Origin: Octopus sinensis
Taxonomy: Eukaryota
Direction: 5' to 3'
NCBI RefSeq assembly: GCF_006345805.1
Contig: NC_042997.1
Span: forward strand, 184,512,001 to 184,576,000
DNA length: 64,000 bases
The notes under the pieces are model-generated. The model did not search any database. It was not told the DNA's origin and was given only the letters and a program-made list of their open reading frames with translations. Positions within the stretch are counted from its first letter, which is position 1, and each line of letters begins with the position of its first letter. Below, in pieces: positions 14,029 to 27,485 of this stretch. Both the position numbers and the translations under genes were made by a program.

Positions 14029-14551
14029 ATATATATAATATATATATGTATATATATATATATTTTTTTTTTTTTTCAATTAGATTTATTATTATTATTA
14101 CTAATATTGTTGTTATACATACAAGCATATGTAATGATAATAATGGGTGGATGTAAACACATGAACAAAATTAGAACAAAAGCAACAACAACAAAAAACA
14201 AAAACAAATTACAAGAATGTATATAACCAGAAGATACAAATATTACAGGCACCCCCTCACACACACACTAAATAAACATAGACGCACATAGAGATATAAG
14301 CATGCGCAAATGAAGACATACAATAGAAATACAAAATGGCTGACGGTTAGTAAGGAGAGACACAAGTAAGTGAGAGAAAACAAAGGACCACTGATGCGGT
14401 CACAGGAGTGTGACGAAAGAACTTTGGCCGAAATAAGATTAAGATTAATGTAAAAAATAAATATCAATGAAGCAAAATAACACCAAATATATAGTGCGTG
14501 TGTTTTTATTGGCTAAACTGGCAATATGACCATTCCGAAATATAACAATAT
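12448..14551 (+). mobile_element. Inverted second copy of the PLE 3' ~2.1 kb (right arm of the palindrome)
   Basis: Reverse complement of 9547-11671; starts TGGCGCGGATGGACC in mid-RT; many 1-nt indels break the ORF (12448-13847). Confidence 0.92.
14385..14429 (+). ncRNA. Type I hammerhead ribozyme-like motif (variant core), right arm
   Basis: GGACCA-CTGATGCG-GTCACA(GGAG)TGTGAC-GAAA-GAACTT-TGGCC: helix I with a bulged A, 6-bp helix II, minimal helix III, CUU triplet. Confidence 0.6.
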
Positions 14552-14760
14552 CTGTTTCAACACACGACTTCACATAAAAAATCTTGCACAACAAATATTT
14601 AAACGTATATTATTATATATATATATATAATATAATATATATATATACATATATATATGCATATATATATACATATATATATATACACAATATATATATA
14701 TACATATATATATATACATATATTTATACATACATATATACATATATATACATATATATA

Positions 14761-15663
<903 letters not shown>

Positions 15664-16320
15664 GTATTTTAAGAGGTATTTTTTCAAAACTATAATGGAA
15701 GTGACAAAGGAGCATATTCGGTATATTTTGCTTTCAGAATTCAATAAAAGCAACAACGCAACGGAAAGTGCGAGGAATATTAAAGCAATAAATGGAGGAC
15801 AGGACAATAAGTGTAAGCCATTGTCAACGGTGGTTCCAGAACTTCCGAGCCGGAAACTACAGTCGAGAAGACGAGCCACGTCCTGGAAGATCTAAAGAAC
15901 TCGACGAGGGCGTCCTGCACACCCTGGGGGAACAAAATCCCATCGTAACTGTTGAGAAACTTGCAAAAAAGCTTGGATTTGGTCATTCAACCATTCATCG
16001 GCCACTGCATACCATCCGAAATGTCAGTAAATTGGGTCAATGGGTTCTTCACAAAACATTTCGAATCTAATCGCGAGGAGAGAGCAAATGTGTGCTCTTC
16101 TTTGATGTCACGTCTCCCGAATGAACCTTTTATGGACTGAATAGTAACTGGTGACAAGAAATGTGTTCTCTATAAAAATGTCAAGCACCAAAGACAGTGG
16201 GTAAGGAAAGAAGAAACACTGGCACTCCAGGCTAAAGAAGGTTTTCACCTACGTAACATGTTATCAGTTTGATGGTATATATGAAAGGTTTAGGCCACTT
16301 AGAACTTTTATAAGATGACC
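15664..16320 (+). mobile_element. mariner-family transposase relic (ATG 15695), truncated
   Basis: MEVTKEHIRYILLSEF, QRWFQNFRAGNYSREDEPRPGR, KLGQWVLHK (WVPHEL-like), IVTGDKKCVLY (IVTGDEKW-like). Confidence 0.88.
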
Positions 16321-16358
<38 letters not shown>

Positions 16359-17433
16359 GCACAGTTATATGTTCGCATATATTCATATATATATATATAT
16401 ATAATATATATATCTGTCACGTGATCACGTGATATATATATATATATCTGTATATATATATGTATGTATGCATATCCATACAGTTATTCATGTGTTTATG
16501 TATGTGTATATGGGTATATACATATGTGTCAGTTATTATCCGTGTATATATGTGCTTGTATATACATATATAAGTGTATGTAAGCAAATATTATTATTAA
16601 TGTAATAGTTTCTTCTATTAAGAAAGAAGATTTGCTTCTTGCTGAGACATGTATAATTTTCTTATATGATTATACGATTTTTATACAATATTGTATCTTC
16701 TTTTGGTTTTCGGGGAAAAACAGAAAAACTTTCTGATATCGTATTATCTCATTCTTTTCCGAGTCATATGTACAGAACATAGACATGCACTCACATACGC
16801 ATATATGTATGTTTGCACACATGCACTCAGGTTTGTATGCATGTATGTACGTATATATGTACATATATGGTGTGTGTGTATATATATGTATAAGCATACT
16901 TATGTAGACATATATTATTATGTACACTCACATGCATACATATACAATCCCATACAGGTATGTCTATGTATGCCTTATAAACACATGAATTTGCTTTTGA
17001 CTATAATTAAATATATTATTGTATTTGTAAATATAAGAAAAAAAGACCGACAGAAATGCAGACTACATATTCCTACAAGCATATTTTTATTTTTGTCTCT
17101 ATGACTTTCTATATGCTAGTTTATGTATGTATGTGTGTATGTAGTATGTATCTATCTCTTTAACGATGCATCTGCATATATATATATATATATATATTTG
17201 CGCCTCATATAGTTATACGTAATAAAACATGTATGGAACCAACAATCGATAAGATCAAATGTATTCGATTACTTTTGTATATCATCTGTATATAAGTATA
17301 TACGCGCGCACATTGAAGATAATATACATACCTCTACACATATATTTCTATCTATATTGCTATCTTTATTATATATATATTATATATATATATATATATA
17401 ATATATATATATATATAGATATATATATATATA

Positions 17434-17563
17434 GGAAGAGTTTACGAAAAAAACAAAAGACGAAGACAGGCGGTGTACAAAACAAACAGATGTATTAGTA
17501 TAACGCTCAGGAATAGAAAAAGTCTTTTACGTTTCAAGCCTACGCTCTTCTACAGAAAGGGAC
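17434..17563 (-). mobile_element. Short non-coding PLE-type end / solo pseudo-LTR with hammerhead-like motif
   Basis: Minus strand CCTTT-CTGTAGAA-GAGC(GTAG)GCTT-GAAA-CGTA-AAAG; homologous to 18110-18239 and 26776-26938. Confidence 0.55.
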
Positions 17564-17770
17564 GTATGTATGTATGTACGTGAATGTTTGTTGTTTACGT
17601 CATAAATATCTAGAAACTTCGAGAAAACGTGAAAATATTTGTTTTTAAACTTTTTGCTTTGGTCCATGCAGCTTTTAACTTTTTACTGTCCCGATGGATT
17701 TTAACCTAATGTTTACATCGTATTATTTAGAGCATTATCTATGTTGAGTTTTAGAGCTAGAAACATTTGC

Positions 17771-17803
<33 letters not shown>

Positions 17804-18028
17804 TGTATGTATGTATGTATGTATGTATGTATGTATGTATGTATGTACGTATGTATGTACGTATGTATGTATGTATGTATTATGTATGTATGTATGTATG
17901 TATGTATGAGTATGTATGTATGATGTATGTATGTATGTATTATGTATGTATGTATGTATGTATGTATGTATATGTATGTATGTATATGTATGTATGTATG
18001 AATGAATGTATGTATCTCTGTATGTGTC

Positions 18029-18070
<42 letters not shown>

Positions 18071-18109
18071 ATATATAATATATATATATATAATATATAT
18101 ATATATATA

Positions 18110-18239
18110 GGAAGAGTTTACGAAAAAAACAAAAGACGAAGACAGGCGGTGTACAAAACAAACAGATGTATTAGTATAACGCTCAGGAATAGAAAAAGTC
18201 TTTTACGTTTCAAGCCTACGCTCTTCTACAGAAAGGGAC
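18110..18239 (-). mobile_element. Duplicate of the 17434-17563 element
   Basis: Matches 17434-17563. Confidence 0.55.
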
Positions 18240-18958
18240 GTATGTATGTATGTACGTATGTATGTATGTATGTACGTATGTATGTATGTATGCATGCATG
18301 CATGTATGTATGTATGATGTATGTATGTATGTACGTGAATGTTTGTTGTTTACGTCATAAATATCTAGAAACTTCGAGAAAACGTGAAAATATTTGTTTT
18401 TAAACTTTAGAAGGATTGCTTTGGTCCATGCAGCTTTTAACTTTTTACTGTCCCGATGGATTTTAACCTAATGTTTACATCGTATTATTTAGAGCATTAT
18501 CTATGTTGAGTTTTAGAGCTAGAAACATTTGCATATATGTATGTATGTATGTACGTGAATGTTTGTTGTTTACGTCATAAATATCTAGAAACTTCGAGAA
18601 AACGTGAAAATATTTGTTTTTAAACTTTAGAAGGATTGCTTTGGTCCATGCAGCTTTTAACTTTTTACTGTCCCGATGGATTTTAACCTAATGTTTACAT
18701 CGTATTATTTAGAGCATTATCTATGTTGAGTTTTAGAGCTAGAAACATTTGCATATATGTATGTATGTATTATGTATGTATGTATGTACGTATGTATGTA
18801 TGTATGATGTATGTATGTATGTAGTATGTATGTATGTACGTATGTATGTATGTATGCATGCATGCATGTATGTATGTATGTAGTATGTATGTATGTACGT
18901 ATGTATGTATGTATTATGTATGTATGTATGAATGAATGTATGTATCTCTGTATGTGTC

Positions 18959-18994
<36 letters not shown>

Positions 18995-19989
18995 GGATAG
19001 CAGATGTCAAATAGTTCAACAACAACAAAAGATAGCCAGAATTTGCAAAAATCGGAGCGAATGGGTAGTGATAGTAATAAAGCAGTTGTAAAAGATAGAG
19101 ATGTCAAGCTGAAAGGAGCCCGATAAAGGTGGAAGTAAGGGGAGATACTGGACTTGTCTAGTTTTAGTGGTGTTAGAAATAGATGCTCATAATCTTAAAT
19201 ATAAAATGTAAAATATATAATTTGAAACGTAAAAATTTGAGGTGTATGCGCACTGGAAATCGAGGGGTGAAGGCACAGATTTAAAACGATAAATCAAAAA
19301 TAAGTTAAATGTAAATATAAATAAATAAATGAATAAATAAATAGATTAGGGACACATATTTACTAAGTTTAAGTATAGAACTTAGAGGACCCAGGAACTG
19401 AGGAAGTACAGTGCTAATGGACAATAGGAACTAAATATACTATTAAATAAATTAGTGAAGAGAGCTGGAAAGATTGATTAAATATATGGATTTTATTAAT
19501 TTCTGTATAACGTCAAACCTGGAAATGAGAGAGCTAATAGTATTCTATTAATTTAGAGGGTATTTCAGCTGAGAGGATATTCTATGAGTAAGGATCTAGG
19601 TGGGAGGCGTTAAGTAAAGGTGAGAAAGAAGATCTTCAGGTAAAGAAAAAGATGTGAAGTACTGTAGATTTACCAATTTAATTAGGTATGATGCCTAAGC
19701 TGAATGTTAGAGAAAATCAGAAATAGTTGTTTTACTGCACTTACATCTGTGGCAGAATGTAAATGGCTTTAAAATTTGTGGATACACATAGAGAAGACTT
19801 CACGCTGCTTGTTATGTGACAAGATTTGCAGGGATTTTTTGAAGCACAGCCAACATGAGGTATATTGGCCTTGGCATGCAGGACTTAAGTCTATGACAGA
19901 GCAAGCTGTTACGTGGTATATTCTTTCTCTTGAGACATTGTATATGCCCTGCGAGAGAAGTGCATTTGCTATTACAGTTCTATATTTAA

Positions 19990-20480
19990 GAGATGAGGAT
20001 ATTTGTCCTCATCTTTTTTGTTGTTAACACAACGTTTCGGCTATCTTGGGGAAATTTCGAACCTGGGTTAATATTATTAATATTCAGGTCACTGCTTCGA
20101 ATCGAATACGGAATCTTGGGGTTAGTAACCCGCGCTCTTAACCACTATGCCATATGCCCGTAGGCAATTATGGTGTGAATTTTAGGGTTTATAAATCTAA
20201 TATTTTCCTATCCTTCCTTAATACCGGTCCCACCTTTTTTGGGATTTGCTATGTTTTTCATGTTTAAAACAGCTTAAATGCACAGAGTATCTTTAGTTTG
20301 AAATTAATAGTAGCCTCAATATAAGATTTGGTATAGTTTTCAATTATATTACGGACCGTGCAGTTGTAGACCACATTAAACCTCTTGCAGTGAGTTTGCA
20401 AAGGGCATTAATTCCCAACTTCGCAGTTGCAATTGCATCTATTTGGTGTGGACATAATACTGATATGGGAATTGGAGGAT
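19990..20480 (-). mobile_element. 3' end of a Naiad-like PLE: degenerate GIY-YIG, tRNA-like cassette, half-hammerhead, terminus
   Basis: Minus-strand translation CNCNCEVGN*CPLQTHCKRFNVVYNCTV...KSYIEATINFKL fits the CxC..CPL..C..NVVY..YIG.T..FK.R pattern; followed by an A/B-box-like segment (20165-20085) and GCCGAAACGTTGTG. Confidence 0.65.
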
Positions 20481-20539
20481 GCAAGATTAGAGGGTGCATC
20501 ATGGTTTAAAGTAACTCGCTTCAAGTGCGACCGCGGAAA

Positions 20540-20638
20540 ATCGACCTCGGCGAAATTTGAACATAAAACGTAAATTCGGAAGAAATGGCGCTAAGCCTTT
20601 TGTTCGTCACAGAAACTATTCTGCCAGTTCGCAGCCTT
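20540..20638 (-). mobile_element. Degenerate head of the Nin/Deu-domain-like SINE (family 2)
   Basis: TCGACCTCGGCGAAATTTGAAC...CTGCCAGTTCGCAGCCTT similar to the family-2 head; abuts (AAT)n. Confidence 0.7.
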
Positions 20639-20645
20639 TACAAAA

Positions 20646-20656
20646 TAATAATAGTA

Positions 20657-20716
<60 letters not shown>
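20646..20716. repeat. (AAT)n microsatellite
   Basis: Directly visible. Confidence 0.95.
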
Positions 20717-20717
<1 letters not shown>

Positions 20718-21811
20718 TAAAATAAAAACGATTTGAGGAACACGAATTCAAGTAATCCTATGACACAAACTTTAATAAAAGTCGTAACTTTCTGCCCGTT
20801 GATCAAATTAAGCTTCAGAAAACTATACTTAACAGACGAGGTGAAATAGCACCGGTACAGTTCTGAATCTGATGCCCGTCTCCTAGCAATGATCAGATTC
20901 TCTCCAATGCACGAAAATGCAATATTATGATATATAAATTCTTAATTTCTTGAAATCATCTTGTTTTGCTTCCTGAAAATTTCACGAGTCCTTACACCTA
21001 TTTTTACGGTTTGAACCCTAGACTGTAGGGACGGGCAGTATCTGTTATTTGTAATCGCATAGACTAATAATATACGAAAAATTTCTAGAAAATGTTTTTT
21101 TAAAAATGCAGTTAATATTTGAATCGATTTTGAAACGGTCGTTAACTTAGTGCATTTTATATGACAGGGTGAGATATGCAATAAAGGGTTGGGAATTAGG
21201 GGCTATAAATACATAGATCTACTGCTACTGCTTTATAATGAATAAATATAGAAAATTAATACATAGCATTAAAGATGAAAAATTATCATGAAAAAGAATT
21301 CTGTGAAAAAACAAAAATGGTTAAAAAAACCCAAGCTTGACGTACGGATTATATGACTAAAATAATCAATATTACATATATAGAAAAGATAGAAAAATGG
21401 AAAACAACTTCCACGAACTGGTCTAAGTGCATCAATCATTTTTCGTACATATATATGTATCTATGTATACATGTGTGTATGTATGCATGCATGTATGCTT
21501 GTATACATGCATTATACGGATATATCTAAATATATATGTGCGGGTGTAATAATGTACACACACACATGCACATACATGTATATGTATGCATTTATATATA
21601 AATATATCAAATTATACAAACTTGACTTTCATGCATGTTCAGACTATTTTTCTCTTACACACACACGCGCGCGCGCAATACGCTTATGGACATGAAATCA
21701 TTCATATTGCATATACATAAACACATACATACACACAGTTATACAAACAAATATATCTATTTTTCTATATAAATATCTATACATCTATCTATCTATCTGT
21801 CTATCTATCTA

Positions 21812-21898
<87 letters not shown>

Positions 21899-21899
21899 G

Positions 21900-21995
<96 letters not shown>

Positions 21996-22581
21996 GATCT
22001 ATCTAAAATGTTCATATACTTACATACGTATGCGTAAAACGACTGTTGCACTAGGAGTAACTCCATTTGGAATCAATTGGTAGTATATTTTTTCGATTAA
22101 TCTATCTTCTCTGTCTTAAATATCGATTATTTTACTCACATAATCCCAACGCCCAACAGTTTCTTTTTCCTCTGTTCTATCTTTTCATAATAATTTTCTA
22201 TATTATTTACATTAATTTTCTTTATTAATTTTTGCATATTCATTCATTATAAAACAGAAGTATTTCATATAACTACAACGCTTTACTCCAACCATAACCC
22301 ACGAAAATACTTCCAATCATACAAGACACACAAAAATCATAAATTCTTTTAGTACTCAATCAAATCCCAGTGCCGAATTTAAGTATTTTTCTTTCAACAT
22401 TTCCTATGTAAGATTATATATATTGTCCGTCTCCATCATTTCTGTATCTTTCATTGCTATTCGGATGATCGGAATTAGAGAAATATTTAGTGAGGTTTAC
22501 ATCGCTGAATGTGTATGCGTGCATATATATATATTTATACATATATACATGCGTACATACATACATTCATACCTACATATC

Positions 22582-22684
<103 letters not shown>

Positions 22685-22748
22685 CATTCATACATATAGA
22701 TATGTATATACATACACATATATATATGTGTGTGTGTATGTGTGCGCA

Positions 22749-22811
<63 letters not shown>

Positions 22812-23315
22812 ATATATATATATATATTTATACGTATATACATACACACATACATACATACGTACATACATACATACATACATACATACGTATATATATA
22901 TATATATATTATATATATATATATATATAAAGGGGAATTCAGGTAGGTTTAGCAATTTAGAAAAATAATGCAACATATACTCAGCCATAAAACCGGTGCA
23001 TGAAAATTATTAAAATATATTTGATGTATCACTCAATAAAATATTGAAAAATCTAAAAAATTTACAGATACATGAATATATAAAAATATAATAGACATAT
23101 ATGCGTGGAAAACTATACTGATGTATAAAGATATACATGTATATGATGTAAAAGGTATATATTGAAGACATCTTCCTACATACAGATCAATAAGAAATCA
23201 TATAAGAACCCTTCTCTAAATCCTGCTATGGCGAAATTCGAAAAAGACTTTATGTACACTATTTACATTGTTTACAAATGACGGATATTTGTCCTCATCT
23301 TGTTTGTTAACACAA

Positions 23316-24840
23316 GACTTAATGTATATGATGAAAAATACCTAAAATTTTTTAAATACACTAACCCCTTTAAAAAGGAGCTTTCTGAAACTATATCTGA
23401 AATACGTTCCTTACAAAATTTACACAAAACTGGTAATCTTTACTCATTATCTCTTGAAACTTATAACAACTTAATAGTAAAGGAGCTTAATACTAATTAC
23501 AGACATGCACATGCAAAAGCACTGAAGGATATTAATAAGACAGATTACAAACTTATAGCAGATTTAGACCTATTGAATAGAACGGAACCATACGCACCAA
23601 GAACCCCTCATTTTACTCTGAAGGATCATAAGTCCAATTTACAATCTAAACCCTCTATCTGGTTAATCTGTCCCACGAAGTCTTATTTAGGCAAAATTAG
23701 TAAAACAGTTATGGATAGAATATTACCCCGAGTCAAGGATAATATAAGGTTCTCCCTTTGGAATTCTTCTGGTAATTTCATTCAATTTCATGTATCTGAT
23801 TACTATGCATCAATAACACCCATCCTGTTGGGTGAAGCATTAACCTATGCCCGAAACTATGCAACTATTTCTGCATCTGAAATAGACTTAATTTTGGTAG
23901 TTAGAAAAACTCTCATCGACTTTAATGATAATAATTGGACTCGAAACACATCCACAGACTTTTTTGATGTAACAATGGGTCCATCTGACTCAGCCCAAAT
24001 AACAAACCTTGGGGGGTTTATTTCTCCTCTTGCAAATAAAGCAATATTTTTCCAATATCTCCGGTGGTCTCTGTAATAGACGATGCAATTTTCGCAACTA
24101 AAAATATATCTCATCCGGAAATTGAACGCATTAAGAAATCTTTAAAGATTATAATTTAAAAATTATAGTTTAAATACTGTATTTGAAATGGATAATAAGG
24201 TAACCAACTTCTTGGAAGTCACACTTAACCTCAATACTAATCTGCACTATCCATACGTAAAACCCAACCAAACACTTCAGTACTTAAATATTCTCTTTAA
24301 TCATCCTAGATCAACCCTCAATAGCATGGTAACGGTCATTTCTATTAAAATGTCAAACTTATCTGTTAACGAGGAGATATTCAACATTTATGCTCCATAC
24401 TATAACCAAGCTCTAAAATAAAGTGGCTTCAAAAATAAAATATTTTATATCCCTGGTACAAAACTCAAAATTAAAACTGTCAATCTCTTCACGAGAACTA
24501 ACTCACAATCTAATACTATGGCGTCCTCTTTAAATAAACCAATTAAATATATAAAAATATAATACCCGAATAAATAATGTGTCATGTAGGAATTACCATA
24601 AATATAAATCTTATAAATCCAACCAACTTAATGAAACTAAATATCCCAAATCTATTAAACGGGAAATTATATGGTTTTCCATGCCCTCCTCTCTTCAGGT
24701 TAGATCATTACCGAAACTGTTTTAAAAAATTTTGAAAGAAAATTTCCCAAAACATCATAAATACTATCCTATCTTCAACAAGCCGTCTTTGAAACTCTCG
24801 TATTCCACCATACCAAATTTAGGATCCAGTAATATATTCA
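23316..24840 (+). pseudogene. Degenerate Naiad-like PLE reverse transcriptase
   Basis: HKTGNLYSL (DKTxNxY-like), FTLKDHK, LICPTKSYLGKISK, FIQFHVSDYYASI, FDVTMG, IDDAI (catalytic region), NFLEVTLNL, YVKPN, NHP, EIIWF, LSYST; clade assignment from remembered motif patterns. Confidence 0.8.
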
Positions 24841-25749
24841 AACTTAGACTTAAGAAGTTTACCCATTTAAATCCTTGTATTGCACTTCATAACTGAAAAC
24901 CCCATAATAGTTCTAATAATACGCCTTGTCCTCCGCGTACTATGCCGTTTACGCTTATTCTCATCTATGTTGCCCTTATAACTACTCCCAATCCTATCAA
25001 AGTCCCTATCTCTGATGTCTACTTTAAGTATCTCGCTGTTCCTATTATAGTTATTCAAGTGGGGGTCATTTATATTTGTCTTCGGGTGGGCCTAAGATCT
25101 TATCCATTAGTGTATCCTTAATCTTATGTTCCGTTAACGTGTTTGGTTTGCTATTTATGGGGAGTGTGCCACTTTCCGGCGGCCATATCTAAAAGAATGG
25201 CTTCAGTCGCTAGTTTGGCTTTTTCTGAAGGGTCCACAATGGAGCACAAGTGCTGCCAGGCGTAAGTGACGTAAAATTGGTAATGCCTCAATCAACCAGC
25301 TGAAGTAGACATTAATACAGTTCATGAGGTCTAATTTTAATATAAGTCCTGGTCGCAAGACAGATATCCAAATCATCCTTTACCGTTTTCTCACCTTCAA
25401 CGTGGCTTTTACCAGACTTTAACTGTCTCTACATCTATCGACTCATGCAACCTCTGCCTCATCTCGATTGTTTAACACACAACTACACACAACACAAACT
25501 CCTTTATTCTCTGATCCAGCTAGAGTTCCAAGCGACAAGGGTTTCATGCTGTTGCCGTCAATCTCGTTTCACTTACAAAGTACGAGGTGGGGGAATCAAG
25601 GATAAAGAAAACGACTTTTTCTCAAGATTCTACGCAATGGGATCAAGTCAGGATCACATTTTTGCGACTTGAACTTTTTGATCATTTAGTCATACTGAAT
25701 ACATACATATACATACAAACATACATGCACACATACATGCTTACACACG

Positions 25750-25781
<32 letters not shown>

Positions 25782-25788
25782 CATACAC

Positions 25789-25856
<68 letters not shown>

Positions 25857-26611
25857 TATATAAATTCGTATGCATCTATCTCTGTATGTATTTACGCATG
25901 CATGTACATATCTATGTATACATATAAGTACGTGCGTAGGTATGTGTGTGCATGTGCCTACATATGCATATATGTGTGTGTTCGTGTGTTTATGCATCCA
26001 ATATTGAATTTTGCAGGTTTTCTTTGAAAACGTATGTTTGTTCAAAGTGTGTATTCATCTCAGCCGATAATTATTTTCGAACAGCAAAAGTATTAATTCT
26101 TTTTTCTTTTTTTTTCTTTCAAATATTCACTTCAGCTTTGATATTTTACTTCAGCTATCAATTTGTTCTCCCATCATTTCCCTTTTCTTCATATCTTACG
26201 TTTGATATTCGCCTAAGTGATAACTTAACGTCAACGCACTCCTATTCATCAATAACATCTGTTATGCACCAGTGTCATGTAATAACTGATATTTCTTTGG
26301 TAGCTTTTAGTTAGTTCCACATTTCATGTCTCTCATATCTTTGACGGAATTATTATTAAGATAAGCAATCATATTGATTAATAAGGGTCACCACTGGAAA
26401 TATTTCTTCTCCTGATTGGAAAAAAGATTTAAAATTTTCTTACCAGATAGCGAAATGAAATTTGGAATTCTTGCTTTACATAGGAAGTCAAGAAATTTGG
26501 CAACAACAGTTCGATGCCATATATATTTTATTATTGACATTTGTATGTGTTCACCCCTCTCTTTCTTTCTTTCTTTCTTTCTATTTGTCTGTCTGTGTGT
26601 ACATACATACA

Positions 26612-26692
<81 letters not shown>

Positions 26693-26728
26693 TATATATC
26701 TATATATATATATATATATATATATATC

Positions 26729-26775
<47 letters not shown>

Positions 26776-26938
26776 CTACAGTTTATTTCTCTCCTTGTTT
26801 CTTCCTGTGTTCCTTTCTGTGGAAGAGCATAGGCTCGAAACGTAAAAGACCTTTTCAATTCCTGAGCGTTATACTAATACATCTGTTTGTTTTCTACACC
26901 ACCTGTCTTCGTCTTTTGCTTTTTTCGTGAATTCTCCC
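26776..26938 (+). mobile_element. Short non-coding PLE-type end with hammerhead-like motif (26813-26848)
   Basis: CTTT-CTGTGGAA-GAGC(ATAG)GCTC-GAAA-CGTA-AAAG; flanked by (TA)n. Confidence 0.55.
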
Positions 26939-27302
26939 ATATATATATATATATTCTGTTGTGTCTGGGGAGAGTCATTCTCTTCTAGTGCCTTATAATG
27001 TAACACACACACCGTCGGATGTCCGTATCATGGACGGGGTTTAAGGTATCTTTGTGAGTATCAGTAACAGAGATATGAGAGCAATATTCCTTTGTGGGCC
27101 TTCCCTAATCTTTAAACATCGGCGATGGTATAGGGAAATAACCCCAAAATGAGTTCGCTATGTAACTCGCATGCTATCTTATATATTCCACTGAATCTTT
27201 CCTTCAATAATACTGTGAGTAGACTGCAAGGTGAAGTACTCATAGCAAACTCTGAATAGATATTTAAATCTATGTAATAACAATATCAATATTTAACAAT
27301 AC

Positions 27303-27485
27303 CAAATCGTTAGCACGCCGGGCAAAATGCTTAGAGGCATTTCGTCTGCTTTTACTTGCCGAGTGCAAACTCTATCGAGGCCGATTTTTCTTTTATACTT
27401 TAGGAGTCAGTTGTACATTTGGGTCGATGTAATCGACTAGCTCCCGCACGCGAAATTACAGGCCTTGTACCAAAATTTGAATGCA
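27303..27485 (+). mobile_element. Old family-2 SINE
   Basis: CGTTAGCACGCCGGGCAAAATGCTTAG head, GGGTCGATGTAATCGACT, tail GGCCTTGTACCAAAATTTGAA. Confidence 0.75.

Larger units (their letters stand above)
17434..18990. repeat. Local tandem duplication block joined by (TATG)n/(TA)n
   Basis: ~200-bp core at 17579-17775, 18334-18537 and 18554-18757; 130-bp element at 17434 and 18110; tail segment at ~18001 and ~18931. Confidence 0.92.

Noticed and set aside
17434-18990. CRISPR-like or other repeat-spacer array
   Set aside because: The repeated units are long duplicated blocks with identical interiors, not short repeats with unique spacers; the DNA is eukaryotic and has no cas genes.
19030-19760. 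N-terminal part of a PLE or LINE (also 24850-25560)
   Set aside because: Strand-biased composition is suggestive, but I could not read any diagnostic motif.
20380-20450. Selenocysteine-encoding Naiad (UGA at zinc-finger Cys positions)
   Set aside because: The Cys positions are TGC codons and the one in-frame stop is TAA; no SECIS was evident.
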